DNA of 64,000 bases from Octopus vulgaris (Eukaryota): the NCBI GenBank assembly GCA_951406725.2, contig OX597827.1, forward strand, positions 55,180,001-55,244,000, written 5' to 3'. The notes under the pieces were generated by a model. It saw nothing but the letters and a program-made list of their open reading frames with translations. It was not told the origin of the DNA and made no database searches. The translations under genes were made by a program, and so were the position numbers. Below are positions 39,167 through 51,048 of the stretch, piece after piece; within the stretch, counting starts at the first letter, position 1; every line of letters starts with the position of its first letter.

Positions 39167-40307
39167 TGAAGTAGTATCAAAAGGTTCCTGGACTAGTTAT
39201 GTTTAATAAAAAATAACTTATTTATCTAAGTTTTAACATCGTCTCTTTCAAAATAGTCACCTTGCACAGCACTACACCAGTCCCAGTGTTCCTGTCATTT
39301 TTGGAATCCAGCCTGGAAGTCATTTCTCATAAGTGAGTCAAGGACCTTTTGCAATTTGCTTTGGATCTTGAGAACGGTGTTAAAGCAGTGACCTTTGAGC
39401 AGCATTTTCATCTTGGGGCAGAGATGGAAGTCTGCAGGTGCTAAATCTGGTGAATAGAGTAAGTGCAGAAGTGATACTATGTTGCTTTTGGTGAGAAACT
39501 CATAAGTGAGGAGAGTTCAGTGACAGGGCATATTGTCATCATGAAGACTCCAATTTTTTGCAAAGATTTGGTTACTTTCGCCAAATGTCCTCCCTCAGAC
39601 ACTTCGAAATGCAACAGTAGAATTCTTGACAATCTGGCTGTGGGGGACGAATTCTCGATGCACAATACCACATTTCCAGGGGTGAAACTCATGGCAGGTC
39701 TTCTAGATCATTCATCATCTTTCAGGGATGTTCTTCCATTTTTGAAGTGCCGTGCCACTCAAAACATTGCCTTGACACCGTAAGCTTGCCAGAGCACAAT
39801 GTTTCTGAAGCAGATTTCCAAGTTTAATGCAAAACTTCACATTGGCTCTTCATTCCAACTTTCTGTCCATGACAAAAATTGCAGACCACAGCACACATGT
39901 GATCACAAAACCACAAATTTCACAACTTGTGAAGTAAACACAGTGAATGCCACTCAGCACACTGCCTCATGAAGGTTACGGCTAGCTCTTATTTCTTTAT
40001 TGCCCACAAGGGGCTAAACATAGAGGGGACAAACAATGACAGGCAAAAGGATTAAGTCAATTACATTGACCCCAGTGCGTAACTGGTACTTAATTTATTG
40101 ACCCCGAAAGGATGAAAGGTAAAGTCAACCTCAGCGGAATTTGAACTCAGAACGTGACGGCAGACAAAATACCACTAAGCATTTCGTCCAACGCACTAAC
40201 ATTTCTGCCAGCTTGCCGCCTTCTAGCTCTCACTGTGCACACAACCATATGCTACCATCTGCAGGTGTGCTATATAACTAGTCCAGTAACTTTTTGATAC
40301 CACCTTG
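39167..40307 (-). mobile_element. Mariner DNA transposon, defective, both TIRs present
   Basis: TA|tgaagtagtatcaaaaggttcctggactagt ... actagtccagtaactttttgataccaccttg|TA; minus frame has YSPDLAPADFHLCPKMK and ...GDYFE. A family D SINE is inserted at 39990-40222 with 8-bp TSD ctagctct. Confidence 0.9.
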
Positions 40308-41071
40308 TATGATATCTAAAACAACATTACAGCTGTATATTTTGCACATGTGTCTCTCTGCATGAATGTGTATTAGTGATTAAGTATGCATGTATGTACT
40401 GTACTTTCCAAAACCTCATTAATTAGTTGCACTTTTGCTCTTCTTGCTTTGTTGTTAGAAACTATGTTTGTAAGCATATGTGTACTTTTGTGAAGACAGG
40501 TGGCTTAGTGGTTAGGGCACTCAGCTTACAATCTTAAAGGTCATGAGTTCAATATCCGGAGGCATGTTGTGTTTTTGAGCAGGACACTTTATTTCACATT
40601 GCTCCAGTTTACTCAGCTGGCAAAAACAAGTTGTACCAGTATTTCAAAAAGTCAGCCTTGTCACAGTCTGTGTCATGCTGAATCTCCCTGAGAACTGTTA
40701 AGAGTATGCATATCTGTGGACTGCTCAGTCATTTGCACATTAGCTTTACGAATAGACTGTTCTGTTGATTAGATCAACTGGAACCTTCGTCCTTGTAACC
40801 AACAGTTCTAACATGTTTGAGATAGCATATAACCATGACAATAGAGTAGCAGATGACCAAATAAGAAGTTAAGGGGTTTTTATCCTGTCACCAACACTAC
40901 TTTTTACATGGAACCAGCACAGGTGAGGTAAGTTTTGGCATGGTTTTTATAACTGAATACCCTTCCAAATGTCAATCACCTCTAGATATTTTTTTCTTTT
41001 TTATAGACAGTAAGATATAATATATCGGAGATTTGGCCATCATTTTTAGAAGTTCTATAGACCAAGTAGAG

Positions 41072-41314
41072 CAGTGGTTCTCAACTGGGGACCTCATGGA
41101 CCTAGGGGCTCCATATAAGATTTTTTTGTTAAAGTGTGTCTGTAAAAAATTTACTACACTACTTTAAATATTTTAACAACTTTTCTATACAATTCCTAAT
41201 AATATTTGATTATGAAAACATAAGATCTTTTAAACATTGAATAACCAGTGGGGTCCATTTGAGTAAAATAAGAACCAAAGGAGCCCCGAGATAAAAAATG
41301 GTTGGGAAACACTA
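41072..41314. mobile_element. hAT-type MITE, same family as 10990-11273
   Basis: Ends cagtggttctcaac / gttgggaaacacta with 8-bp TSD aagtagag/atgtagag. Confidence 0.8.
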
Positions 41315-42514
41315 ATGTAGAGCTTTCCTCATTTCACTCATCTTTCTGTGGTTACAGTAGCATGTTGCTTACCAGTGGAGCCATCATTTTAATAAGAGTA
41401 TTTATGTATTTATGTTATCATAAATTTACCTTAGACTCAGGCATAAGCAGGGATATGCAAAATGCACAGGCATGGCTGTATAGTTAAAAAGCATGTTTCC
41501 CAACCATATGGTTCAGGGTTCAATCCTACTGTGCAGTATTTTAAAGTTTAATTCGAAGTTAATGAGTGGTAGCCATATTTTCACATCTCTGTGACAGTCA
41601 GTTAAAAAAGACCATGCCATTTTGTTCCAAATTTTCAAAAACTTAAAAAACACTTTTTCCACTTTGATAAAACCAAGCAAATTCCTGGTACCATGTGTAA
41701 CTGGTGTCGCTAAAGTGAAATCCCCAAAACAAAAACCCCAGGGTGACCAAACCTTACGAGTGGATTTAGAAGACAGAAACTGAAAGAAACCTGTTGTGTG
41801 TGTGTCCTTCTCTTGACAACACATGATAGCTCTAAATGATGAGTATCACTGTCATACAAATGATGTTGTTCAGTTCCAATCTCATGTGGAAAACATGTGG
41901 CTCCTAAGGAAATATAACTTTGCTTGGAGACTGGTGAGGATTTTGTGACACGATGGGCATCCAACTTTAGAAAATCTGCCTTGACAAATTCCATATCAGC
42001 CATGCAAGCAAGGAAAAGTGAACGTTAAAATGATGATGCTGGTAGTGGAGGTGGTGATGGTAGTGGTAACGGTGGCAGCAATGGCAGTGGTGGCAACAGT
42101 GGCGGTGGTGATGATGATGATTACAACAACAGTAATGACAGCCTCCTTTCAACAACTTGAAAGCAAAGCACAGCATTTCATATGAAAAGTAGTTCTTAAA
42201 TATGTTTTTTTTTTGTCGTTTTTGTGTTAGTTTCTGTTGTTATTTAAGAAACAGGAAAAAAATATTAAGAAAAAAAAAAAGAAACAACTGAATATGATTT
42301 ATTATGAATGAAATATAGTTGATAATACTATGGGTCAAAAAATATGATTTCTTGCACAAACATAAGTTGCAGCATTTATGGTGAGGAAGACAGAAATTGG
42401 AGTAGGAAAATGGTGATCTTTATGTCTTTTTTAAAGACATCAGAATGTACAGGTAATCTAAACCAAACCACATTGATGGCACAGTCTATAATGAGTTTAC
42501 CATAGTGCCCACCA

Positions 42515-42620
42515 CATACACACAGAGGTATACATATATATACACATGTATATATATGTATACATATATGTATGCATATATATATATATATATGCATACA
42601 CATATACACGCATATACATG

Positions 42621-42653
<33 letters not shown>

Positions 42654-42690
42654 GCATACACATATACACACATATACACACATATACATG

Positions 42691-42744
<54 letters not shown>

Positions 42745-43043
42745 TATTTATACATATACATACATATATCTATACATACATATATACATATATATTAGTA
42801 TATCTATCTCTCACTCTCTCTCTCTCTCTTTATATATATATATTTACAGATATACACACACACACACACACATATATATATACACACATATACATATATA
42901 TATATACACACACATACACACATATATACACACACATATATATACACACATATACATATATATATATACACACACAAACACATACATACATATATATATA
43001 CACACGCACATACATACATATATATATACACACATATACATAA

Positions 43044-43074
<31 letters not shown>

Positions 43075-43190
43075 CATGTACACACACATACATATATATA
43101 CACACATACATATCTATATACATACACACATCCATGTGTGTGTGTGTGTGTACATGTGTGCACACACACATGCAACTTGCACACACATAC
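42515..43190. repeat. Compound (TA)/(CA)/(TACA) microsatellite block
   Basis: Directly visible; similar blocks at 23880-24180, 31070-31222, 35133-35236 and 50950-51090. Confidence 0.95.
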
Positions 43191-44264
43191 AATTTGATCT
43201 GTTAAGTTGCTAAGAAAGAAAACCAAAACAAACCCCACCCTCCAAAAAAGAAAGAAAAAAAACATTTTCAGTTGAAGTGTGAGCAGGTGTGGAGTGTAAC
43301 AGCATCTTACAGTGCAATATCATCTTACGTGTTGTGTAATAACATCATAACTGGTCTGGTGTAATTAGAAAAGTAAGAAAATTCTATTCTCATATGCAAA
43401 GATCCAGTGGTCTCGCCAATGTAAATCTTCAAAACTACACTTGTTGGCTTCCACTAAGTCTGGTGCTCCTTTATTGAGCCATGTCTTTCTCTGTCTACCT
43501 ATCTGTCTTTCTCTCACTAAATCTATCTATCTATCTATCTATCTATCTATTGCCTTATCTGTTCTGCTTCACTTGACATGAGGTGTAAGAGATTCACTGT
43601 CTTATCCCAAAACACATCATCAGTAGTGATAGGATGTTGTATCTTGTTGACTCATATGGGCTTTTCAAAAACCCTTCCTCACTTCAAGATAATACTAATA
43701 TACTAATATAGAATGAGTTGAATGCAGCGGTGCAAATTATCAAAGTATTTGTCAATACTGCACCATTTTCTCTGGTTATCTGAGTTCAAATCCTGCTGAA
43801 GTAACACAACCTTACATTTTTTTTTTTTTTTTTGTGGCTCAATAACATGAAATATCATTCTACAAAGGTGGATTGGCAGAATAATTAGAGAATTGGACAA
43901 GATGCCTTTGTCATTTTTGCATTCTGAGTTCATGGCTGGTTGAATAAATCTGACACTCTGTTTATCCCTACCATCTTAGTCCTTGTGAGGGGTCCTTTTA
44001 GTGGGGGAGCTACTTAGTTTCATACATTTGGGTCAGGTCTCCAGTTTGAGGAAAACTTCTTCCCACCAGTCTAGGAATCCTTCAAAAATTAAAGGCCATT
44101 AACATTACCCTTCCTTCCCTAAATAGTATAAAAAACATGACTATGTCTCCAACAAAATACCAGTAAAAAAAAATTGTTTTGGAACGGTGGATCTCAAAGT
44201 ACATAAAGCTATAAATAATAGCATGTAAATATTAGGTTGAAAACACTTTGGAATGGAAAAAGTT

Positions 44265-44330
44265 GAAGGCTGCTTCTGAGACTCGAACCCAAATCTCCTG
44301 TAGATGTGGCAGACATTCTACCATTTGACA
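44265..44330 (-). pseudogene. Degenerate tRNA-like sequence
   Basis: Reverse complement gtcaaatggtagaatgtctgcc...gggttcgagtctcagaagcagcc has A-box and B-box (GGTTCGAGTC) at tRNA spacing, but no clean cloverleaf. Confidence 0.5.
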
Positions 44331-44636
44331 AATGTAATCCTTCAAATTTCTCTGTCCATTTAAGAAACCTTATTCTCACCAATGAGAATTGTATGTTGAT
44401 GTCATAAGAATTCATAACCTTTTGAGAGAACATGAAATAATTCTTCATTGGAACATTGAATTTTGAAGCATATATAATAGCATGTAAGTATTAAGTTGAA
44501 AATCACTTTTAGATTGGAAAAGTCATAGGCTGCTTATGAGACTTCTTTTTATCAAAAAGAAATTTTCAACCTAATGTTTACATAATATTCTTTATAGTTT
44601 TATGAGCTTTGAAACTCACAGTTATAAAAAAATATA

Positions 44637-44810
44637 TAGGCGAGCTTCAGGTGAATTAAAATATGTTTATGACATATTTCAACTTCTAAAGGCAAATTCA
44701 CTGCAATTACTGCAGAGAAAAAATTTTCTCTTATGGTAACTGCAATGAATTTGCCTTTAGAAGTTGAAATATATCACAAATATATTTTAACTAACCTAAA
44801 ATTCACTTAT
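44637..44810. repeat. Imperfect palindrome / foldback MITE-like element
   Basis: atatttcaacttctaaaggcaaattca mirrored by tgaatttgcctttagaagttgaaatat around centre agagaaaaaattttctct. Confidence 0.85.
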
Positions 44811-44839
44811 GCTTAATTCATTGCTTGGAACTGATACTG

Positions 44840-44902
<63 letters not shown>

Positions 44903-44959
44903 ATAGCATACATTATGTGAGTCTGAAGTCTTAAAAAGACTTGGACATGCTGGTGCAGT

Positions 44960-45497
44960 TGTTGACTTACTGGACAAGAGAGTTTTGTGCTGCCAATATT
45001 GGAGCAAGAAGACAAAGGTTTGAGTCTTCATGAGGTCTCTGGTCCTTTCTGTATTGTTCTATAGTTATAAGACTTGGACTCTGTCCAGGGCCCTAGGGGT
45101 TGCCTGAATTCCTTTGGTGCAAGGATGCTTCACAGAATTATAGGTGATCAAATTTCATCGCCAATCAATGACTATACTCAGAAACTGGGATGTATCTCAT
45201 TACTTCTAAGATTTGAGGAGTGTCAGCTCAGACTGTTTAATTATTTAGCTGATTTTCTAAGATGAATCCTGAAAATAATGTCCTCTTTTCTGAGGATTTG
45301 GCTGAGGGTGATGGCTCATGTTGGTCAACCACATGCCACATGATCACAGTGGATGAAGAAATGTTTTGCAGAGGTGGAGACCAACTGGGACACTGCACAG
45401 AGGGTTGCCTGAGATGACCCAAGCAGAAACCAATATATGGTAGATATAGTGACATGCTGCAATGGTACATGCTCCTGTTCCTGACCTGACCTGACTG
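44960..45497 (+). mobile_element. Decayed RTE 3' fragment
   Basis: Residues such as SKKTKV, LVLSVLFYSYKTWTL and IGDQISS; ends in (tgacc)n tail. Confidence 0.55.
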
Positions 45498-45861
45498 TGT
45501 ACAACAGTCCACTGCAGGACATATCCATCTTCATATGGGAAGATTTTCAGTGGTACTACAGACTGGTTTATATTAAAACAATAACAGTGACAAGGTGTAG
45601 AGTCTATTTTAAATATCCATTTCTGCTAGATGGATGGATTGAAGATTATATGATGTAACTCCCAAGTGTAATAGTAATGTAACTGAAGTCAAGATTCAAT
45701 TATAGACTCAGCTTAGTGGGGTTTAACTTTACTCTTCAGAGCGTTATTACAAATAAATTAAATATTTCTGTTTTCAAGATAGATTTCATTTTTATATTTG
45801 GCTTGTAAAATTCTTGATGTGAACTCTTGTGTTAAAACACATTTTGCTGTAGCTTGGGAGG

Positions 45862-45908
<47 letters not shown>

Positions 45909-45911
<3 letters not shown>

Positions 45912-46467
45912 ATGCCCTGATGCAGTACCAGGCAGTGGCTCTCGTGGCTTCCGATCTTAACTGATTGGAAGTGTTATCATGTACATGTTTTGTCTTGGTA
46001 TAAAAGATGGGCTATGGTAAATATTCTGCTCAATACTGCAGATTTGCTTGTCATTTGCTTGACCTTAACCAGTTGAGCATGTCCCTTAGTGGCTGACAAT
46101 ATCTGCATCTCTAATCATGAGCAGAAGTAGTGGGGGAGCATCATAGCCATGTGTTGAGAGGGATTCTTTAGGGTTTGGATAATTCACTTCTGGAAACATG
46201 TGTATTTCATTCATCATCCCTAAACAACCCTTATTCAGAAACCTTTTGAGCAAAACGGACAACTTGACCTGAAGAAAATTCTAACTGGGCCCCACCTGCA
46301 AGGTCATGAGCTGCTTATCTTGATATGCGATTACAATGTTGCACACATATGGTTGTGATGCTTGTGCCTCATGTACTCTTATCAGACAGGTAGTCATGAA
46401 GGGTATATTGGGCTTCATATATTTGTACTCCAGTATTACCTTGATGGCATGTACTGCTCTCTCACTC
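45909..46467 (+). mobile_element. About 560-bp non-coding interspersed element flanked by (TAA)n; class and true orientation unknown
   Basis: Bounded by (TAA)n on both sides; second copy at 21656-21950; no ORF, TIR or tRNA head seen. Confidence 0.75.
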
Positions 46468-46501
46468 AATAATAATAATAATGATAATAATAATAATAAT
46501 A

Positions 46502-46536
<35 letters not shown>

Positions 46537-46776
46537 AATAATAATAAGAAGAAGAATGATGATGATTTCAAATTTTTGTCACAAGGGCAGTCATTTTGGG
46601 GAAGAGGATGAGTCAATTACATCAATCTGAGTTTTCAACTGGTACTTATTTTATTGAGCCCGAAAGGATGAAAGGTAAAGTTGACCTCAGCAGAATTTGA
46701 ACTCAGATTGGAGTAACAGGCAAAATACTACTAAGCATTTTGTCCAGCATGCTAATGGTTCTGCCAGCTCACCACC

Positions 46777-46820
<44 letters not shown>

Positions 46821-47063
46821 CAGGGTTTCAAATTTTGTCAAAGGACAGTCATTTTGGGGGATAAGTTGATTACATCGACCCCAGTATTTCACTGGTACTT
46901 AATTTATCAACCCTGAAAAGATGAAGGGCAAAGTCGACCTCAGCAAAATTTGAACTCAGAATGTAGCTGCAGACAAAACAGAACTAAGCATTTCTTCCAG
47001 AGTGCTAGCGATTCTGTCAGTGTGCTAGCGATTCTGCCAGCTCACCACCTTAATAATAATAAC

Positions 47064-47131
<68 letters not shown>

Positions 47132-47950
47132 TAATAATAATAAACATATGCACTGGTTCAATTTCACTTTTTTATTATTATTCATCAATTGGTTAGTTAT
47201 TTAACCAAGTAAATGATCAGTTGTTTTATAAATCAAAAGAACTTTGGCAAACATAACTGACTGATTGATTAACTGAATGCTTAATCAAACAATCAACTAG
47301 CTAATTGGCTAAATAGCTAATGAATTAATGAAAAATAATAAAGAGGTGAAAGTGAACCAATGCATGTATTTATTATTAGCAAATGACCCTCCCAAGATAT
47401 AAGACAAAAGAGTTTCATATATTTGCATTCTGTTTTCTGAAGAGATATATTTGCATTGACTTTGGTAAGATGAAAAACAAAGTCATTTGCAACAGGGTTT
47501 CAACACAGAATAGGTTGCACTGAACTGGATAAAATGGTACAAAAGAACAGAATAATGCACTAATTACACTAAATACCTCGCAATTTTGTTGTTGAGTTTG
47601 TGTTGCTATTTTACATTCATTTTTGCCACACTGACATAAGTATGCTGATTTCGGCTTAATGTATTTTTGGAATAAGAATTCTTTCTTACAGATCAATGCC
47701 TTACCTATCATTTAATCATTCAACTGTAACAGTTACCTATTTTCAGTGGAGATTGAGGTGAGATGTATAATATAATAGGCTGTAGAAAGGTATGAGTTAA
47801 TGAAGGTCCAACTGAATTCAAACAATGCCTTGACTAACTATTATCTTTTGTGTTTGTTTCAGTTATTGGACTGTGGCCATGCTAGGGCACTGCCTTGAAG
47901 GGTTTTAGCCAAACAGATTGATCCTCTTTTACTTGTTTCAGTCATTTTGG

Positions 47951-48781
47951 CTATCTTTACATATATAACCTACGTGTGTGTGTGTGTATTTATATATATA
48001 TATATATACTGTTGTGCCTGGGGAGAGTCATTTTCTTTTTGTGCCTTATAATGTAACACACTCACCAGTAAAATTTCCACACACAAACTATATATATATA
48101 TGTGTGTGTATATATATATATATACACACACATATATATATACATATACATACATATATACGACAGGCTTCTTTCAGTTTCTGTCTACCAAATCCACTCA
48201 CAAGGCATTGGTCGACACAAGGCTATAGTAGTAGACACTTACCCAAGGTGCCACGCAGTGGGAATGAACCCAGAACCATGTGGTTGGTAAGCAAGCTACT
48301 TACCACACAGCCACTCCTGATCCTGGTAATTATTTTTTTTAAATTGGGTACAAGTTACAAGGATGTAAAGAAACCAATACTGAGTGCCAAATGGAAGACA
48401 AACACAGACACAAAAACACACACACACACAAACAGTATTTTCTGCAATGTCTTAATGATTCTGCTAGCTCTCTACCCTAATGAGAATAACAAAATCGATC
48501 ACAAGATATTGGCTGTAGCAAGGTTGTAGTAGAAAACAATTGCAGAAGGTACCATACAATGGTACTGAATCCAGAACCATATAGTTGCAATATATATATA
48601 TATATTTCGCTTTTGGATTTGGTTTGCAAGATTCTTTATATGAGTTTGTGTGTGGAAATTTTACTGGTGAGTGTGTTACATTATAAGGCACAAAAAGAAA
48701 ATGACTCTCCCCAGGCACAACAGTATATATATATATATATAAATACACACACACACACGTAGGTTATATATGTAAAGATAG
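47951..48781. repeat. Perfect 139-bp inverted repeat (47951-48089 / 48643-48781)
   Basis: Arms appear identical, including (TA)9 and (GT)7 tract lengths; spacer 553 bp. Confidence 0.93.
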
Positions 48782-48824
48782 ATAGTTAGATAAACACACA
48801 TATAGAAATATATACTGTGTGTGT

Positions 48825-48855
<31 letters not shown>

Positions 48856-48937
48856 CACGCATGCACCTTGACTCAGAGATTGTAACATGTGTTGAAGCTA
48901 TTTTTTCATTTGTACACTTATCTCTGTACACACACTC

Positions 48938-48967
<30 letters not shown>

Positions 48968-48971
<4 letters not shown>

Positions 48972-49130
48972 GTTATAACTTATGATAGGGAGAAATAACT
49001 AGTTTATATATATATATATATACACATATGTATGTATACTTATACATACATACTGGTTATAACTTATGATAGGGAGAAATAACTAGTTCATATATAAATA
49101 TATATACACGTATGTATGTATACTTATACA
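48968..49130. repeat. Two-copy tandem duplication, about 84-bp period
   Basis: actggttataacttatgatagggagaaataactagtt...gtatgtatacttataca occurs twice. Confidence 0.9.
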
Positions 49131-49984
49131 GAAGGTGTAATCTCAAATGATTACATTTGCCAAAATCAGGTGCAACAGTTTTAAAATTGGAATAGAAATG
49201 AAGATTTCAAAACCAGACTTAAAAAATCAAAAAACACTATATCTGTTGTAGCAAAACCGTAATCATCTTCTGCTGATATCACATCAAAAATGAAGGGTTT
49301 GTTGAGACATGCATTAGTTTAGCTTACACTATCTTTTCATGGACTTTTATTATTATTATTTCACAGATTCACACCTTAAGCTAAACAAAGTGGATCTTCA
49401 TTACGTTCAGTATGGAACTGAACCAAACGGCCTGTTCATTGAATTATTATGTATCATCATCGTTTTAATGTCTACTTTTCCATGCTTGCATAGGTCAGAG
49501 GGAATTTACTGAGGCAAATTTTCTGTGGCCAGCTATGTTCTTGCAGAATATTGGAGATGACACTGCTTGCATGACAATGACATTCATTTACAACTATTAT
49601 GCAATGTCAACACAAAGAGATGCAAACACACATGCACTCACACACACATGCATACACACACTCACACACATTAAGCCTGAAGGGGTCCTTATGATTCAAA
49701 AGCAGCGAAAGGGATACATCCCTTGTTCCTTCTCTTTTGGTCCACAAAATACTAGTTTAAGGGAGATAATCTATCCTCACTGACCCTGGACTATTTATTC
49801 TTTGATAGCCAACTGACCAAATGACTGTAACAAATTCCTGCCTCCCAGAGGTGAAGAGTTACATTTGTCTTTGGCTTTAGAGTCTGACGAGATGTCCACG
49901 AGGCTAAAGTCTTTGGGAATGCAAAACCATTGGCCATCCTATGACCAGACATAGACTCATTTATTTTTAATACATCAGAAACTG

Positions 49985-50280
49985 GATGTATTTGGCACTA
50001 TTCAAGTTACTGTCAATTTTAACCAACTTTCTTGAACCATTTCATTTTATGTATCCTTACCCTCAGACTTCACTGTCTGCGATGTGTATCATGGGTTGTT
50101 TCACTTTCCTGGAGGCCTTTTGACAAATTCTCGCTAATTAGAAATTGAAACGACTCACATTACACGACAAAAACAGTGAAGTTTTGGGGTAAGAGTCTGA
50201 TGCTTTGGGGATACATAAAAAGTGATGTTTCAAGAAAGTTGGTTAAAATTGACAATAACTTAAATAGGGCCAAATACATC
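49985..50280. mobile_element. MITE-like element with long imperfect inverted arms
   Basis: gatgtatttggcactattcaagttactgtcaattttaaccaactttcttgaa is mirrored at 50230-50280; an inner pair cagacttcactg / cagtgaagttttg also matches. Confidence 0.7.
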
Positions 50281-50289
50281 TAGTTGCTG

Positions 50290-50762
50290 AAGAACAATTT
50301 GATACCAGACTTGGATGAAGGTGAGATTTTTTAGCATGATGGAGCTTTATGCCACAGATCACATGCAATACAACAGAATCTGGCTGATGAAGGTGTTACC
50401 ATATTGAAAGATTTGCCAGTTCAGAACCTCAATTTAAATATCATCAAGCAAATGTGGTCAGAACTAAAGAGAACAGTTTGTAAGAAGAATCCATGCAATC
50501 TTGAAGTGTTGTGAGAGCTCAGCCACAGAGAATGGCATCTCATACTTGTGAAGACAGTGAAGGATTTGTACACATCTCTTCCCAGGCACATTGAAGCAAT
50601 TATTCAAGCTAAGGGAAGCGACACAAAATATTAACAATGTACAGTAACTTCTTAAAATGAATATTATGTAATAAATTTTCATTATAGACAGACATTTTTC
50701 TGTTTTAAAACACTGTATCTTGATCGGTTTATGTGATGTGGCCGAAAACTTTTGCATGGCCA
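50290..50762 (+). mobile_element. Tc1-family transposon 3' fragment
   Basis: Encodes VKDLYTSLPRHIEAIIQAKGSDTKY* (Tc1 C-terminus) followed by TIR-like gtggccgaaaacttttgcatgg; a second TIR copy at 50925-50952. Confidence 0.8.
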
Positions 50763-50966
50763 TTTTTGGTGGCCATTTCACATCTTCCCCTCTCATTCAG
50801 AACCTCTACTACAAAATATAATGATTAGGTATGGAAATGACTTCAACAGGGCCAATGTTTCATCTGTAAAAAATACAATGCAAAACATCCACTTATACGT
50901 TGGCAATTAGTAGAAATTTACAATAGTGGCTGAAGACTTTTGCATGGTACTGTGTGTGTATGTGTG

Positions 50967-51048
<82 letters not shown>

